Source: Octopus bimaculoides (Eukaryota). Taken from it: 64,000 bases of DNA. The position numbers and the translations under genes are program-made. Below are positions 49,925 through 64,000 of this stretch, piece after piece (position 1 is the stretch's first letter; the number at the start of each line of letters is the position of its first letter). A model generated the notes under the pieces. It was given only the letters and a program-made list of their open reading frames with translations, was not told where the DNA came from and searched no databases. The stretch is from contig NC_068996.1 in NCBI RefSeq assembly GCF_001194135.2, forward strand, positions 25,711,642-25,775,641. The letters run 5' to 3'.

Positions 49925-52734
49925 ATACCCCCCCCCACACACACACATATACACACACACATATCCGTCCAACCCATGTAAGCATGGACAAATGGATGTT
50001 AGATCAATAACAAAATATTGTACGTTTAAAAAGTGGATAACATGTTACTCTATTAAAATAAAATAAAAAAATTTGTCATGTTTTGCCATTAACAGATAAT
50101 TGGAGAAAAAAAATCTCTATGCAGTTTAAATGTTTAATGTGTCTGCATTAACATACAATATGTTGTAACACATGCTTAATATGTAATAAACTGGCTTAGC
50201 TGTTTTTTTTTTAAGATAAATTATAAAAGGAAAGTTGATTTCATTTTCTTTAGTTAAAACGAAAAAGTTTTTTCTTCAGTGTTATTGTTATGGCAATATT
50301 CTCAGATGGTTCAATTTCATTTAAAAAAAAGTTTTATTTTTGACATGGAATAATTGGTTTGTAAGAGTTAATAATATATTACACACACACACACACACAC
50401 ATACATATATGAGCTTTTTTTGGCATCCCTTCTTTCACACACATACACACTCACATGCTCTTTCTCTCTCAAGCACACACTAACTAAAACTATGCAGCAG
50501 TAATTTCCAGAACATAGTATCATTCATTACTGTCATTCTTGAATATATCTTTAGTTTTTAAACGTTCCTATCTCTTTGATACTGATATAACATTCATCCT
50601 CATCATCGCTACCATCATCATCATCATCATCGCTATCATTAATAACAACAACACTTCATCTCAAATTATTTTTGTTAATTTCATTTTTTTTTTTGTCTTA
50701 AATTTCATTCAGCATTTTGAGTTAGAGAACTGATGTGTATGTTATTTTCTTATTTGATTTCTGTGACAATCTCCAGTCTCTTCCCATACTCACTGTGTGT
50801 GTGTGTGTGTAGTACTGTCCCAGCCAGAGTGGTCAATGATTATTGGCTGGAATTAGTAAGAGTAGTACTGATGTGAACTGAGAAAAGGTAAATGTATGTG
50901 TGTGTATGTGTGTATGTGTGTATGCCTGTGTGTGTGTGTGTGTGTGTATACACACACAGATGGTAGTTTATTTATTGATTCAAAGCTAAAGCATCCCTCC
51001 ATTCCTCTAGACATTCACCAGGATGTTGGCATGAAGTTTTCTTGTGGGGAAAAATAAAATGAAATTTAGGGGCAGGGATGAGGAGAAAGGGGTAAGAAGG
51101 GTCTGAAACTCAAATTAAAAACAAATTTTTAAAAAATGCTCCAATAAAACTTAAAATTATGATTGAATTTGGAAGAGGTTTACAGAAGCAGGGAATGGTA
51201 AAATTAATCTGAAGTTTCTATTTATAATTATATTACAAGGAAATTTAAGTTAAATCCATTAGAGTTCAGGATGAAATTGGCTTTTAATAGATAAAGTGTG
51301 TTTTATTATTCATTTGAACTTAATTGTTTTAGGACAATAAGATCTCCATTTAGATTTGAATTATTTTAGTTATTACCTACATATAATTTTTGCTTTTTTT
51401 TATAGGAATATTTGAATAACAATAAAAGCATTTATAATAAACAATAATGAATTTTTTGATGAGCTTATGCTACTTCTGCTAAAATCACAGCTAAATCGCT
51501 CTCAAACTACATGTAGAAAAAAAAAAAAAAGAACAAAGGTCACATTTGGTCCTTTGTCTGAAAATGGAAACAGTTTGGTCAGTGGTGTGCTTAAAGTTTA
51601 TTATATGGGGCTAAAACAACCTCTATATTGTCTTTTCCTCTTTCTCTCTCTTTTTAAAAATGGAATAAAATTCTTGGGAGGGTCAATGCAGGTTTATAAT
51701 TTTAATTTTAAATCATTTTCTGCTTGTCTAGTTCAGTGTAACTTTTTACTTATGTATAGAAATCTTTCAATTTTAAAGTAAGATTTATGAAAAGTAGTAA
51801 TAATAATAATAATATTATAATAATAATAATAAAGTGTAAACTATTTTGTACAAAGGGGAAAAGTGATTAAGCTTAATTTTTAGAAATAAAAATGTGATTG
51901 TGATAAATTTTTGACTAGACCTTCATTCATGTAAATTTACTTTTTTTTTTTTTCTTATGCTCATTGTCTTCATCTTTCTTGCTTTCATGAAATTGGTAAT
52001 GTGCCTGTTTCACAGAATAAGGTATATCTTATACCTGTTTCATGAAGGAAACTTCCACAGAGTGTGTGTGTGTGTGTGTATATATATAATATTATATTAT
52101 GTATGTATGGTACATGTGGTTAGATGATGGCGTGTGTATGTGCATATTCGTGTGTGCGTGTTTGTATCTATGTATGTAATGACATTTGTGGCTTCTTCCC
52201 GAATTTATATCCGAAGCCATGAAGTTTGGAATCATATTTACATTCTGGACAGTTGAAAATGCAAGCTTGTATGAGTGTTTACTATTGGTGCATGATTCTC
52301 TTTGAAAAGGTTAAAAAAAAAAAAAGTTTGCATTATTAGGCCTTTCTGTCTATAGTCCAATTTTCTCTTCTCTCCCTGTGCAGCATCTCATAATGCAGTA
52401 CAATACATTTTTTTTTAAAATTCAAATCTACATCATTGGAGTGATGTTTGTTTGCTGTAAACAATTGAGAATGTGCTACATCATGTTTATGACAAGCTGT
52501 TATCACAGGAACTATGTCAAACTGAGAAATAAAGTTGTCAAATCATACTTTGGAATCTTTTGATATTCCCTTGTCTTTAAAAGTATTAGTGTAGATATTA
52601 TATTTGTTTAAATGTTCAGGAAAATTATTTTTCTTCTCCCTCCTTAACCTATCTTTTTTCTTTCTTTCTTTTTTTTTTTTGATAGGTGGAAAATAGCCTT
52701 AATTGTTTTAATTTATGTTCATTGTATAGTGTAA

Positions 52735-53105
52735 AATAAACCAGGCTACTTTTCTGTACTTGCATGGGTTGGACAGAATTTTCTACAGCTGGATGCCATT
52801 CATGTTGCCTATTCTTACCCGTTTTCAAGTAAGGCAATATTTCCTCAAGACCAGACATGTTTTCATGGAAGATTGGAAACAAAGGATACCACTTGCATGA
52901 TGGTGACACTTGCTTACAACTATCATAAAAGGAATAGGCAAGGAGACAGTAACATACACATTTGCACACTCAATGGACTTCTTTTGGTTTCCATCTACCA
53001 AATCCACTCACAAAACTGTTATTGGTCTAGGGTTGTAGTGGAAGACTGAACCCAAGACCATGTTTAGGAAGCAAACTTTTTACCATACAATCACTTCTGC
53101 ACCTA
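52735..53105 (-). mobile_element. CORE-type SINE with RTE-like tail (tail B)
   Basis: ccatctaccaaatccactcacaaaac core plus gcatgggttggacagaattttctacagctggatgcc tail; same layout as 5730-6125 and 60955-61350. Confidence 0.7.
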
Positions 53106-53849
53106 AAAATAATGGCCTTTTTAACAGGTTTTTTCCTATGTTTCCCAGATGGTCACCCATCAAGCTAGGCTTGATGTTGCCTAATTTCAGTGATCAAACA
53201 AGAACCAGTGTTTTCAATCTGATATGGCCATAAATCATATTGATATATATGTATAATCATAGTCATATATGCATATATTTTTATTCATACATGTGTGTAT
53301 GAGGATAAAGCTTGATGTAGTCATCCGGTTTAACAAATCTTGTTGAATTGTCCAACCCATACCAGTATGGAAGACAAACAATACATGATGTTTTAAATTA
53401 TGTGTATAGTGGGGGGCATATATATATATATATATATATACATACACACACACACACACATATAACTGGCTAGATATCTTCAAAAGGGTTATTAGTTAAT
53501 TAAACTTAGAAAGTTGATAATATATAAGTTTTTAAAGTTTGAGATGTGGGGTTTTAATGGAGTTATACATCAGTTTCATTTGTCTGAAGCCATAAAGTAT
53601 TTTAAAACTTTGGAGTTGTTGGAAAATGCTAAGTTTGGTTTTAGCACTCCATAACCAGCATATGGAAATTTGGAACCATTTGAATTTCCAAATTGATGAA
53701 ACACATCATTAACAAAATAATCAATTAAGAGGTATTGGTATTAATGTGAATTGTAGAAATTGAAACCGTTTAGTAATTCTTTTATTTCTTAAAATTCGAA
53801 TAATTTCTTTTTTAATTTGATTCAAATTGTATTTCAACCTCAAATTATA

Positions 53850-54045
53850 TACATATACCTCACTGCTGCTGGTGCCATGTAAAAAACACTCGGTACATTC
53901 TGTGAAATGATTGGCATCAGGAAGGGCATCCAGCCATAAAACCATGTCAAAACAGAGAGCAAATCTGAAGTTTTCTGACTTACCAGTTCCTGTTGAACTA
54001 TCCAATCCATTCCAGCATGGAAAATGGACATTTAAATGATGATAT
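53850..54045 (+). mobile_element. RTE-type 3' tail fragment
   Basis: ggtgccatgtaaaaaacac...ggaagggcatccagcc...ccagcatggaaaatggacatttaaatgatgat. Confidence 0.7.
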
Positions 54046-57000
54046 ATATGTTCTGTTTTCCATTGATTCATAGATAAGGGTTGCATTTTGCTTTATGACA
54101 ATGCCAATTTTTAAATTCCTTTACCTGTTTTAAAGGACAAAATTAGCTTTAATATTTCAATATCAAAGACTCCTTTTTTTTTTTAAGACATGTGGTATTG
54201 TTAGAATAGAGGATAGTTACATGTCTGAAGTAAAGTTAGTTAAGAAGTTAAAATGGCACTGATGGTAAATACTGAGAATTCAATGCAAAGGCTGGTCATG
54301 GGTTTCTTTTTATATTTATTTCATTTCCCAAGTGAACATTCTGCAGGTTAAAAAAATATTATTTACCACACTGGAAGACTAAGAGATATCTTTAGATTAT
54401 AATATAAGTTAATGCAGGTGCTGTGAATTAGAATAGAAATAGCTGAAACTGATCAGTGTTTTTCTCTTTCAGATTGTGATACTTTGTGTTTTTAGGAGAC
54501 CCAATAAGATGATAAATTAAAAAAAAAAAAAAATTATTATTATTACAATTACTGTTCAAATTTCTAACTGCTTCTGATTTGCAATTTTTACATTGAAAAA
54601 ATATGATTTTCTTAAAGAAGACTATATGGTGTGTGTGTGTGTATAGTTTCTGAAATTTCACAAAGATTAATTAATGACCCTATAAAAATTTAAATTCAAA
54701 TGAGGGAAAGTGAAATAGTTAAAGAATTAAAAAATATACTTCTGTATAGGAGTGTAAAAAAGAAAAAAGTCAATTTGTGTTATTAAGTGCAACTGAAAAC
54801 GTATGTTTAGAACTATATTTGGCAAACAAAATGTTATTTCAACATTCTTAGATTAATTTTTATTTAGCAGTAAGATCATTTAAATTCGGAAGTAAAAAAA
54901 ACTAATATGGTTATCGGTTTGTTGAAAATAAACCCCTCCAAATCTTATTGCTGGTCAATATAGGTTACACCATATTTTTCTATTCATTACAAACTGTTAG
55001 CAATTTACATTTAAAAAAAATTAATTTGCTATCCAAATAAATTTTTTAAATAATTTTACTCAGTTTATATTTGGTTTTTAGTACTGTTGCTCTTGATTTT
55101 GGTAAACTTATTACTCCTGTTTGGGGATATCTTGTACTGAAACTGAGCTCTTAGCTAAATAGCTTAAATCAAAGATTACAAATCCTTTATAAAATTTGAC
55201 ATATTTCATCAACATTCAGTTTGGGCTGTTGTTTTATTCCTTAAACTAGAAATATCTGGCATCAATCTTTTTCATTATAGAATTTTTGCATGTTTACATT
55301 TGTTTTTNNNNNNNNNNTTTTTTTTTTTTTTTTTTTTTTGGCTAAATGAGGTTTTAGATATCTGTTGCACAAGAAATAGAAATTAAAATATAATTAACAG
55401 GAATAAGTTATTTAGAACACATCAATTCTACCTCATTTTACTGTTGATATGATTGCTTGCTGGTAGTGCCAGTGTTAGACAAATGGTTTTCACCACCACT
55501 TTCAGCCATGATTAAGTGGTATGATCTATCTTGGTAATTCTTTCACAGGCAGCTTCTCCAGAATGGAATATTACCATGTTTACCAGCTAATTTTGTCTTG
55601 TAGTATTTGTGGAAATTTAAGGCGGTCTCTAATGTTTAATTTAATCTTTCTCCACTCTCCCTGTCCCCTCCCTTTTTTTCCTTCTTGATTTTGTTAAGTC
55701 AATACTTCATCTACAGACATTTTACTGCAGTTATACATATCCATTTTAATTAGTTTGTAGTACAGGGGCATTTCACTTCTCATGTGTTTGACTATAAATA
55801 ATGTATATAAAATATTTCTTTATGACTGTTTGGGTAGATAAGAATGGATATAATTTGGCTGTGTAACTTCTATTATTATTATTATTATTATTATAGCTTT
55901 ATGTAACTATATTTCATATAAATGTATTATTTCTGTTTAGTAAGAATGGATTAACAAACACTTTGCAAATTTTTTCAGAAACAATAAATTTTTTGAAAAA
56001 AAAAAAAAAATGAATAGACGAAATGATTTAAAAGGAATTTCTTTTTTTTTTTTGTTTAATTTTATTTTTCAGGGAAAATTATTTTTTTGTTGTAACTTTC
56101 ATTTCAGATTTATTTCTATTTTAAATTAATTTAACAGATTTGTACTTGTTTATGAATGTATATTTTAAATAATTTAATTTTAAAATAAAAAAAAATGTTT
56201 AACTTCATACCTAGTATTTTACATCCTACCAAAAACAAAAGCAAAGACAGAGAAACACAGACCTCCCGATCTTAGGTGGAATTAAAAAGAAAAAGCTATT
56301 CATTTTATGTTTCTAACACAGATTTGGATGAATATGGAATTATTATGGTTTTTGCTTTTTTAAAGCTGTATTTAGCTTAGCTTTGCTGCTATATGTGGCA
56401 TGCTAACTGAAAAGGATATTACATTTTAAAAAAATGAATTTGATAGCTAATAAAAGTTTTGAATATAAAATCTATAACTTGATGTTTCAGTATTATTAAG
56501 ATACATTTTATATGTAAATTTCAAGTGCAATGTATGAGTGTGCAGCTGATGTTGGATATGCATGGTTACCTCCCTTGATACAAAAAAAAATCGAAAGCAA
56601 TTTGATTTTGGCTTATCCTGTCATTTATATTTACTTACATAATTGATCTTATATTAAATTTTAGTAATTGTTCTTTTTTTTTTTATGTGCCTGCAATTTT
56701 TTTTGGCCCTTTCACTATTAGGTTTTGAGAGAATTATTTTGTTGACAAGATCTAGGACTACATCCCATTCTAGAAGAAATTTTTATGTCACTTGGTAGCT
56801 GATAATGTTAATATATTGGCAGATATTAGTCGTCTCACACCTCCATTCTTTTTGTCTTCATTATGTAACAATATATTTGATTGTGTTTTAGTTTTAATAT
56901 ATATATATATTTTTTGGTTTCATATAGCTGCTTCATTTCAGTTCCTATCACTATTTATACATCTTCATAGAATGAACCTAAAACTTACAAAAACATTAAT

Positions 57001-57177
57001 TTAATGAAAGCATAATTGTTTTTCTATTTCATTTCCATTCATTTGTTTTATCATTGTATAATACTGACTTGATTACATCATTTGTTAAGCATTATACCCC
57101 ATCAACCTCTGCTTAATCAACTGCTTGCATAAACTTCTAGAGTTGAGAGAATTTATTTTTTTTACTTAAAAATATTT

Positions 57178-57218
<41 letters not shown>

Positions 57219-57864
57219 TATATCTTTGAATGCTTAGTTTCATCTATTTCTAATTTTATGCCAAGAGACAATCCACATATGGTCACTGCTATTATTGCTA
57301 CTAAAGACCACCACTGCCCTCATTTGCTCGTCTAATTTCTCTGCACATCTATTTTTTTTCCATTTAAAACTCAGACTGAATGAAGTATTATGCTGTAGAA
57401 TTTGCATTAGATAGAAATAAAACAAATATCAAAGTATATGTTGAGAGCAGGTCAGTTGGGTGCCATAAGGCAGATGTTGTATGGTACTGTCTGTGTTGTA
57501 GCAGCACATCCACCACCTAGTTGTTTTTTCGGTCTGCTCAGTTCCTCCAAAGGTACTCTTTGCCAGTTGTCTGTGGCAGCAGGAATGTTATTAGGGCAGT
57601 TTTGACCTTTATATAATGCATTTCAAATAATGTTTAGTAAGGTCTTAAAACTTAATCCATTTTTAATTTGTAACAATATATATATACTGTAACAGTACAT
57701 ATATAAATTTTAGTGAATAATGAAGATTTTGTTTTCTGTTGATGAAATCCCAGAGAAAATATCATCTACTTGATAGAACTAATTCAGTCGTCTTCCTCTA
57801 GATAAATGAAACTGTTGGGATTTGAGGCAACAAACTTTGTTGTGTAACCTTCTAAAGTAGGTAC

Positions 57865-58410
57865 AAGACCAGCAATTCTGAGGAAAGGTGGTAAGTTGAT
57901 ACTTTAATCTCAGAACTTGACGTGTTCTATTTTATTGATGACGACGACCCCCACCCCCTCCTCCTCTCTCACTGGAGTGATGAAAGGCAATGTTGACCCT
58001 TGCAAGGTTTGAAACCAAAACGTAAAGAACTAGGAACTATTCTATATAATGCAAACAGTAGCATCCTAAGAAAACTCGTAGAGATTTGTAGATTATACAT
58101 GTATAATCTGATATTTCAGTCGTATGAAGCTTTGTGGGTTATCACATGGGTCTTTGTTTTATAAATAATATATTTTATTTTATAATAATTATTATTTCTA
58201 ATTTTGGCAGAAGGCCAGTGATTTTTAAGGGAAAAGTGGGTTAGTCAATCACATTGATCTCCCCAGTACTTGTACTTTGTTTTATCAATTCCAGAAAAGA
58301 TTAAAAGCAAAGTTAAACTCAGCGTATCAGACAAAATGCTAGGCAGCATTTCTTCCAGTTCTTTTATGTTCTAACGATTCTGCCAGTTCACCACCACCAC
58401 TACAATAACA
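57865..58410 (-). mobile_element. two adjacent decayed Meta-domain-type SINEs (tail 1)
   Basis: gatgaaaggcaatgttgacc and gattaaaagcaaagttaaac Meta-like cores; tails aaggtacaagaccagcaatt and ttttggcagaaggccagtg; (AAT)n flanks. Confidence 0.55.
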
Positions 58411-59909
58411 ACAATAATAATAATGATTATTTTATTTTTAAACTTGACAACTTTGTAAGGTTCTCTCTAAACTAGACATATCATTTAATGTGTTGAATTC
58501 AGTAACATCTGTGTTTTTTGTAAGCATGGGTCTATGTTAGCCCAAAAGTCTTACAAAGGAATACCAAAGTCATTAAGTAGAAGTCAGTGTTGTTGGCCAA
58601 TGAAACATTTGCCAATTGTTTGACTGACTAGTAAGGCTAACTTCATCATTACAATAACAATAATTAAATTTTGCTAAACACCTGAGTAATTAATTAGCTA
58701 TTATTTATGAACAATTTTCTATATTTTAATACTAGTCCCTGTGTTTTTTTTTTTTGTTTTTAATTATACAGTTTTATTTTTATCTAGAACATTCCATTCT
58801 AATATATTCCACGATTGTACAGCTATTTTAATGAAGCTTTACAATTAATTCTAGAATGTTTTATATTTACATTAGAAAGATTATCTTACAAGGAAACAAC
58901 TCAAAGGTAACAAAAAAGAAAAAAAAATAATTGTAATTATCTCTTGAATTATTATTTTCTATATGTATTGAGAATTTCTTTTTTTGAGATTTAATAAAGA
59001 ACATGATGCCTAAGGAAAAATAAAAAAAAAAACAAAACACTAAAAAAATTATTATAAAACTTGGTTTTACACTAACTTGATACTTATTGTATCATTAAAA
59101 AAATAAATAAGAGAAAAACTGAATTATACAGAGATTTGTAAACCTGTTTGGATTATTGGGGCACCACTGCTGGTCTAATCTTGTATTGAGAAAATATACC
59201 TGTCTATTTTACAATATTTTTACCTTGTGGTTATTATTTACAGCCAAGTAAACTGGGACTAGGCCACTTGGAAAATAAGGTGTCTTGGCCATGAACTGCT
59301 TGCCTTAGTAATTGGTAGTCTTGTAGCAGTTTCAGCCAGCTATAATCTTGAAAGTATTTAAGCTGGGCAGAGAGAGAGGTGGGGTGGTCACAGCATTAAT
59401 GAATATTTTACGAATTTAGATGGTTAAGACTGTTTAGATATTAAAGGCATGTGAAAGGGTTTATTTTACTAATTACTCAACAAATTGAAGCAAAATTTCA
59501 TTCCTCCCTCAAATTAATATTTCTCTATAAACCAGGCTCAAAGCTTGCTGCCTCCTTTTAAAGGAGTTGGGAAGTTGTTGCATGTGACATCCCTCACAAC
59601 TATTACTAGCATCGTAGAAGAAGTAACTCCAAACAGAGTTGAAGCTGGTTTTGTCTTGATGGCTATGAGCTTTACTCTTCACTTTCCTGAGTAGGGCGTG
59701 AGCTTCTGTGTAGCTGTCCAACTTGATAGAAATAACCACCAAGTTCCTTGTTCAAATCATTCTATACTGTATCATTATTGAAAACAGGAAGGACAAAATT
59801 GAATAATGTAGTCCCAAATAGTATCTGAAAATGAGATGGGATGGTCATGGTTGAACCATAGTTGATGGGTTGAACAACTGAATTTGATTTTGATGTTGCA
59901 GATTCTTTC

Positions 59910-60132
59910 AACCCTTTAGCATTTAAACTGACCATATCCAACCAAAATATTCTACCCGTTTTATGTTCAAACTGGCCAGATCCAGCTGCTCACATTTACC
60001 CAACAACGTCATTTTAAGAGTTAACAATCATATTGAAATCTCAAAGCTATGAGATAATGCATGATTAATTCAAAGCAATATGAATACATAAGTATTACAT
60101 TTGACAGAACAACCTGAATGCTAAACAATTAA
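59910..60132. mobile_element. short MITE-like element, decayed
   Basis: starts aaccctttagcatt, ends gaatgctaaacaattaa (imperfect inverted match tttagcatt/aatgctaaa). Confidence 0.4.
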
Positions 60133-60954
60133 GCAACAGCTACAAATTTGATGGGTGATAGTGTCTAACTTGTTTAGCACTATGAAACTTGAGTACTTGT
60201 GTCTTCGCCTGCTCATCCTAGTTATACTTTTGACATCACTATGTTGCTAACCACCCTCCTAGTCATGTCTTGAGTAAATAGATATACCAAAGGTTTAGTG
60301 AGGACTCTTCAATCTTACAGAGGAGAAAACAATCCTCACAACAAATGCTTGTGCTATGATAAAAAAAAAAAAAAAAAAAAGCATCTGGTACATTCTGTAA
60401 ATGTGTTGATGAACGAGTTTGAGATGATGCAGAGTCAAGAGGACTCTATGGTCTTATTTGAGGACCTCCCAACTTCAACACTGCTGGTACAGTAGTAAAA
60501 TGCATTCAGTACACTCTGTAAAATGGTTGATGTTAGAAAGGCATCCAGCTGTAGAAACCATGCCAAAAAATTAAACATACAATTGAGACATGAATCTGTG
60601 ACAACACCCATCCAATCCATGCCAACATGGAAAATAAATGTAAAATGATAATTGGAAAATGAGTGTTATTTTCACACAGGTCTGCCATTTGGCCTGCCCG
60701 TTTTGGATGTCTAAAACAGGCTGAATTACTATGTATAAATGAAAGAGGGAAAAAAGAAGAAAAAAATATGTAAATTGTGTTTTTATTCATTTCATACCTG
60801 AGCATGAATTAAATCTTTTTTCACGTCACACTCAATATTTTTTCACTTATCAATTTGATGAATGAATGTCTGTGTGTGTGTGTATGTTTCTTTGCCCATG
60901 TGCAAAACTCAGTACAATGTAAATGAGATATCTCAGAAAACTTGGATGCAGTAA

Positions 60955-61350
60955 GATGTAGGCATGGCTTTGTGCTCGAGAGATTTGTTTCTTGACCACA
61001 TGGCTTCAGATTCAGTCCAATTTGAGAAAATTGCCTTCTGTTATAGCTCTGGGCTTGCCAATGTGTTGTGAGTGGATTTAGTAGACGAAAACCTGTCATC
61101 TGTATATGTGTGTGTGGGTATATATTTGTGTCTCTTTGTCTTGACATTGCACACTAGCTGTAAATGAGCATCCCTGTCATGAAGTGGTGTCCTTTGTTTC
61201 CCTGTCATCCATGAAGAACATGTCTGGCCATTGTGAAACTATACCTTGCTTGGAAAGAGGTGGATATTTGCAATGGCAGGCCATCCTGCCATAGAAAATC
61301 GACCCCAACTGCCTGATCTATGCAAGCATAGAGAAGTGGACATTAAAACA
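60955..61350 (+). mobile_element. CORE-type SINE with RTE-like tail (tail B), decayed
   Basis: gcatggctttgtgctcgagagatttg...tgtgagtggatttagtagacg...gcaagcatagagaagtggacattaaa. Confidence 0.6.
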
Positions 61351-61903
61351 ATTTTAATGAGGTGGATGAGTTTTATAACTAAGGCATGTCACTTTGAGCA
61401 ATGGTAGGTTTTAGTCTTGGTACAACTACTCAATTCAGTTCTTTTAGTTAAGTGGTACCTAACTTCTGGTACCCATTTACAAGTGGGTTGTGAACTGGAC
61501 TATTTTGACACATATTGGAGCAAAGGACATAATAGTATTCTGCATGAAAATGAGGTTGGACCATGGATCCCATTGTTCTCAAATGTCTGGTTTACAAAAT
61601 AAACGATCATTGCTAGATAGCTTAGCAGCAGCAGGACATTTACCAATCATTTTTGTTTGTTTATGTTGACACTCAGAAATTAGTCTGTCAAACCCACTAC
61701 ATGGAAAACGTCACACAACAACTTAATTGTAGACGCTGGCTTCGAATGTATCCAGGATCTTGAGGCAGTGATGTTGGACCAAGAAGTGTGGCAAGTGGAC
61801 TTTGTTGCTGTAGCCTGGGTTGGAACCTAGCCATAAGAAAAAATAAATAGAACAGCCCCTTCTCATGCTGGTAACAATGTACTATTTATATGTTATGTAT
61901 ATG

Positions 61904-62273
61904 TTGTTGTTGGCACTCCGTCGCTTACGACGTCGAGGGTTCCAGTCAATCCGATCAACGGAACAGCCTGCTCGTGAAATTAACGTGCAAGTGGCTGAGC
62001 ACTCCATAGACACGTGTACCCTTAACGTAGTTCTCGGGGATATTCAGCGTGACACAGTGTGACAAGGCTGACCCTTTGAATTACAGGCACAACAGAAACA
62101 GGAAGTAAGAGTGAGAGAAAGTTGTGGTGAAAGAGTACAGCAGGGTTCGCCACCATCCCCTGCCGGAGCCTTGTGGAGCTTTAAGTGTTTTCGCTCAATA
62201 AACACTCACAACGCCCGGTCTAGGAATCGAAACCGCGAGTCCGCTGCCCTAACCACTGGGCCATTGCACCTCC
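61904..62273 (-). mobile_element. tRNA-derived SINE (third family), young, with 10-bp TSD
   Basis: minus head GGAGGTGCAATGGCCCAGTGGTTAGGGCAGCGGACTCGCGGTTTCGATTCC (A and B boxes), (ACA)n tail; TATGTATATG at 61894-61903 and 62274-62283; many intact CpGs. Confidence 0.88.
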
Positions 62274-62499
62274 TATGTATATGTATATAATGTATATACA
62301 CAGACAAAGGTGTGAGGATATACGCATATAATCATTGTTTTAATGTCCACTTTTCCCTTACCTGTTTCCAAGTAAGATAATATTTACCCCATGGTCAGAC
62401 ATGTTTTCATGCAAGATCAGAAATGAAGAATACTGCTTGCATGACTGTGACACTTGCTTACAACACGGCAAGGAAGAGACAGTACCACAGGCATATACA

Positions 62500-63135
62500 T
62501 TATATATATGTATATATATGCACACACTGCTGAGTGGTTGGTGTTAGGATGGGCATCCAGCTGTAAATATCCTGCCAAAACAGTTACAGAAGTCTGGTGC
62601 AGGCTTCGGCCTGGCCAGCTCATGGCAAACCATCCCAAATATGCCAGCATGGAAGGTGGACGTTAAATGATGATGATGATGATGACACCCAGACACGACA
62701 AGTTTCATTTTCCATCACCTAACTCCACTTGCAAGGTTTTGGCCAGCTCGGAGCTGTGGTAGAAGATACTTACCTAAGGTACCATTGAACCAGAAACCAT
62801 GTGAATGGGGAGCAACCTTTTACCACAGTCACACTTGCGAATATTATACACGCACAAACACAAAGCATATGGGTGTATATATATATGTATGTAGGTATAT
62901 ATGTATGTATATTTATTATGTGTGTGTTTGTGTTTGCTCCTCTACCACCACTTGACAACCAATGTTGGTGTGCTAACATTCCTGTAGCTTTGTGGTTCAG
63001 CAAAAGAGACCAATAGAATAAGTTCTAGGCTTAAAAACACATTCCTGAGGTCGATTTGTTGGACTAAAACCCTTCAAGATTGTGCCCGTGCATGGCCACA
63101 GACAAATGACTAAAACAAAAGAGTAAAAGAAAGAG
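62500..63135. mobile_element. cluster: RTE tail (+, to 62690), CORE SINE head (-, 62700-62830), SINE tail A (+, 62930-63135)
   Basis: gggcatccagctgtaaa...gcatggaaggtggacgttaaatgatgatgat; ttggccagctcggagctgtggtagaagatacttacctaaggtacc; cttgacaaccaatgttggtg...gagtaaaagaaaag. Confidence 0.7.
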
Positions 63136-63852
63136 ATGAGTGTGTATTTATATATCTATGTCTGTCTGTTTGTCTATATATATTACACTCTTTATGGTAT
63201 TACACACACACACACACATAAAGAGTGTGTTATGCCACTTTTTTTCTTTTCATGTTGCCCTTGAGGGCTCAATGTGACCCCACAGAGTATCTCATGTACA
63301 TCAAAAGTTTGCTGAAGAATGCAATATTCAAATATCCTGGATACAGACTGAGTGGCTGGGAGGTTGGCTTCAAAGTTCTGAATTTTTTACTCTGATGCCA
63401 GTGCACACATTGGGACAGTTTCAATGGAATTACATAGATGGAAACATGCATAGAGGTCCATCAGATAGAATGGATTGTGACTATATTTCAAAGACATTGC
63501 CTAAATGACATTCATTAAGAGTACAAATGCCTGTTGAATGCTTGGCCACTTCACACAGTATGTAATTCAATGAGTGGCTAGTTCAGTTGGTTGAACAACT
63601 GGAGTACGCCCACTCAAAGCCAAAGGATAAGTCATTTAATATTCTTACTTTCATTCATGCATACATACATAAGAACGTATATATATATATATATATATAA
63701 AACAATTGCAGCATGGAAGGTGTTTATAAGCCATTTAAAATAACACACAAAAGCCATTAGATTCACTTCAACATTTAAATTTAATTTGTCAAAATATTTC
63801 CGTCACTTTGAGACCGCGACCTGTTCACTGACAAAATTGTGCTGCATCACAA

Positions 63853-64000
63853 TATCATCATCATCATCATCATCGTTTAACGTCCGCTTTCCATGCTAGC
63901 ATGGGTTGGACGATTTGACTGAGGACTGGTGAAACCGGATGGCAACACCAGGCTCCAATCTGATTTGGCAGAGTTTCTACAGCTGGATGCCCTTCCTAAC
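63853..64000 (-). mobile_element. RTE-type 3' tail, young copy truncated by window end
   Basis: atcatcatcatcgtttaacgtccgctttccatgctagcatgggttggacgatttgactgagg...ctacagctggatgcccttcctaac. Confidence 0.85.

Noticed and set aside
58090-58109. Perfect 20-bp palindrome AGATTATACATGTATAATCT
   Set aside because: A 10-bp-arm palindrome is plausible by chance in 64 kb of AT-rich DNA.

Overview
AT-rich, repeat-dense animal genomic DNA from a draft assembly with about ten N-gaps. The SINE/LINE repertoire looks coleoid cephalopod, most likely Octopus (inference). The only host gene found is a PP2A regulatory subunit B56/B' of the gamma/delta type on the + strand. It has 12 coding exons from 2369 to the TGA at 47081-47083, totalling 1317 nt (438 aa + stop), all GT-AG and frame-consistent; the N-terminal exon(s) were not found and are probably upstream. 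Introns and the downstream 17 kb hold tRNA-derived SINEs (CORE-type, Meta-domain-type and a third type), RTE, R4/Dong and Penelope retroelement relics, Tc1 and mariner relics, and microsatellites. The most unusual structures are: (1) an 856-bp foldback DNA element with an 8-bp TSD whose inner arms carry inward-facing TTAGGG/CCCTAA tracts (23567-24422); (2) a decayed minimal hammerhead-ribozyme motif at the end of a Penelope element (12843-12878, minus); (3) a 223-bp near-perfect palindrome (44634-44856); (4) a mariner derivative built from two head-to-head 5' ends (43552-44343). No prokaryotic-type system (CRISPR, operon) is present, and I cannot show that any of these is new without database searches.
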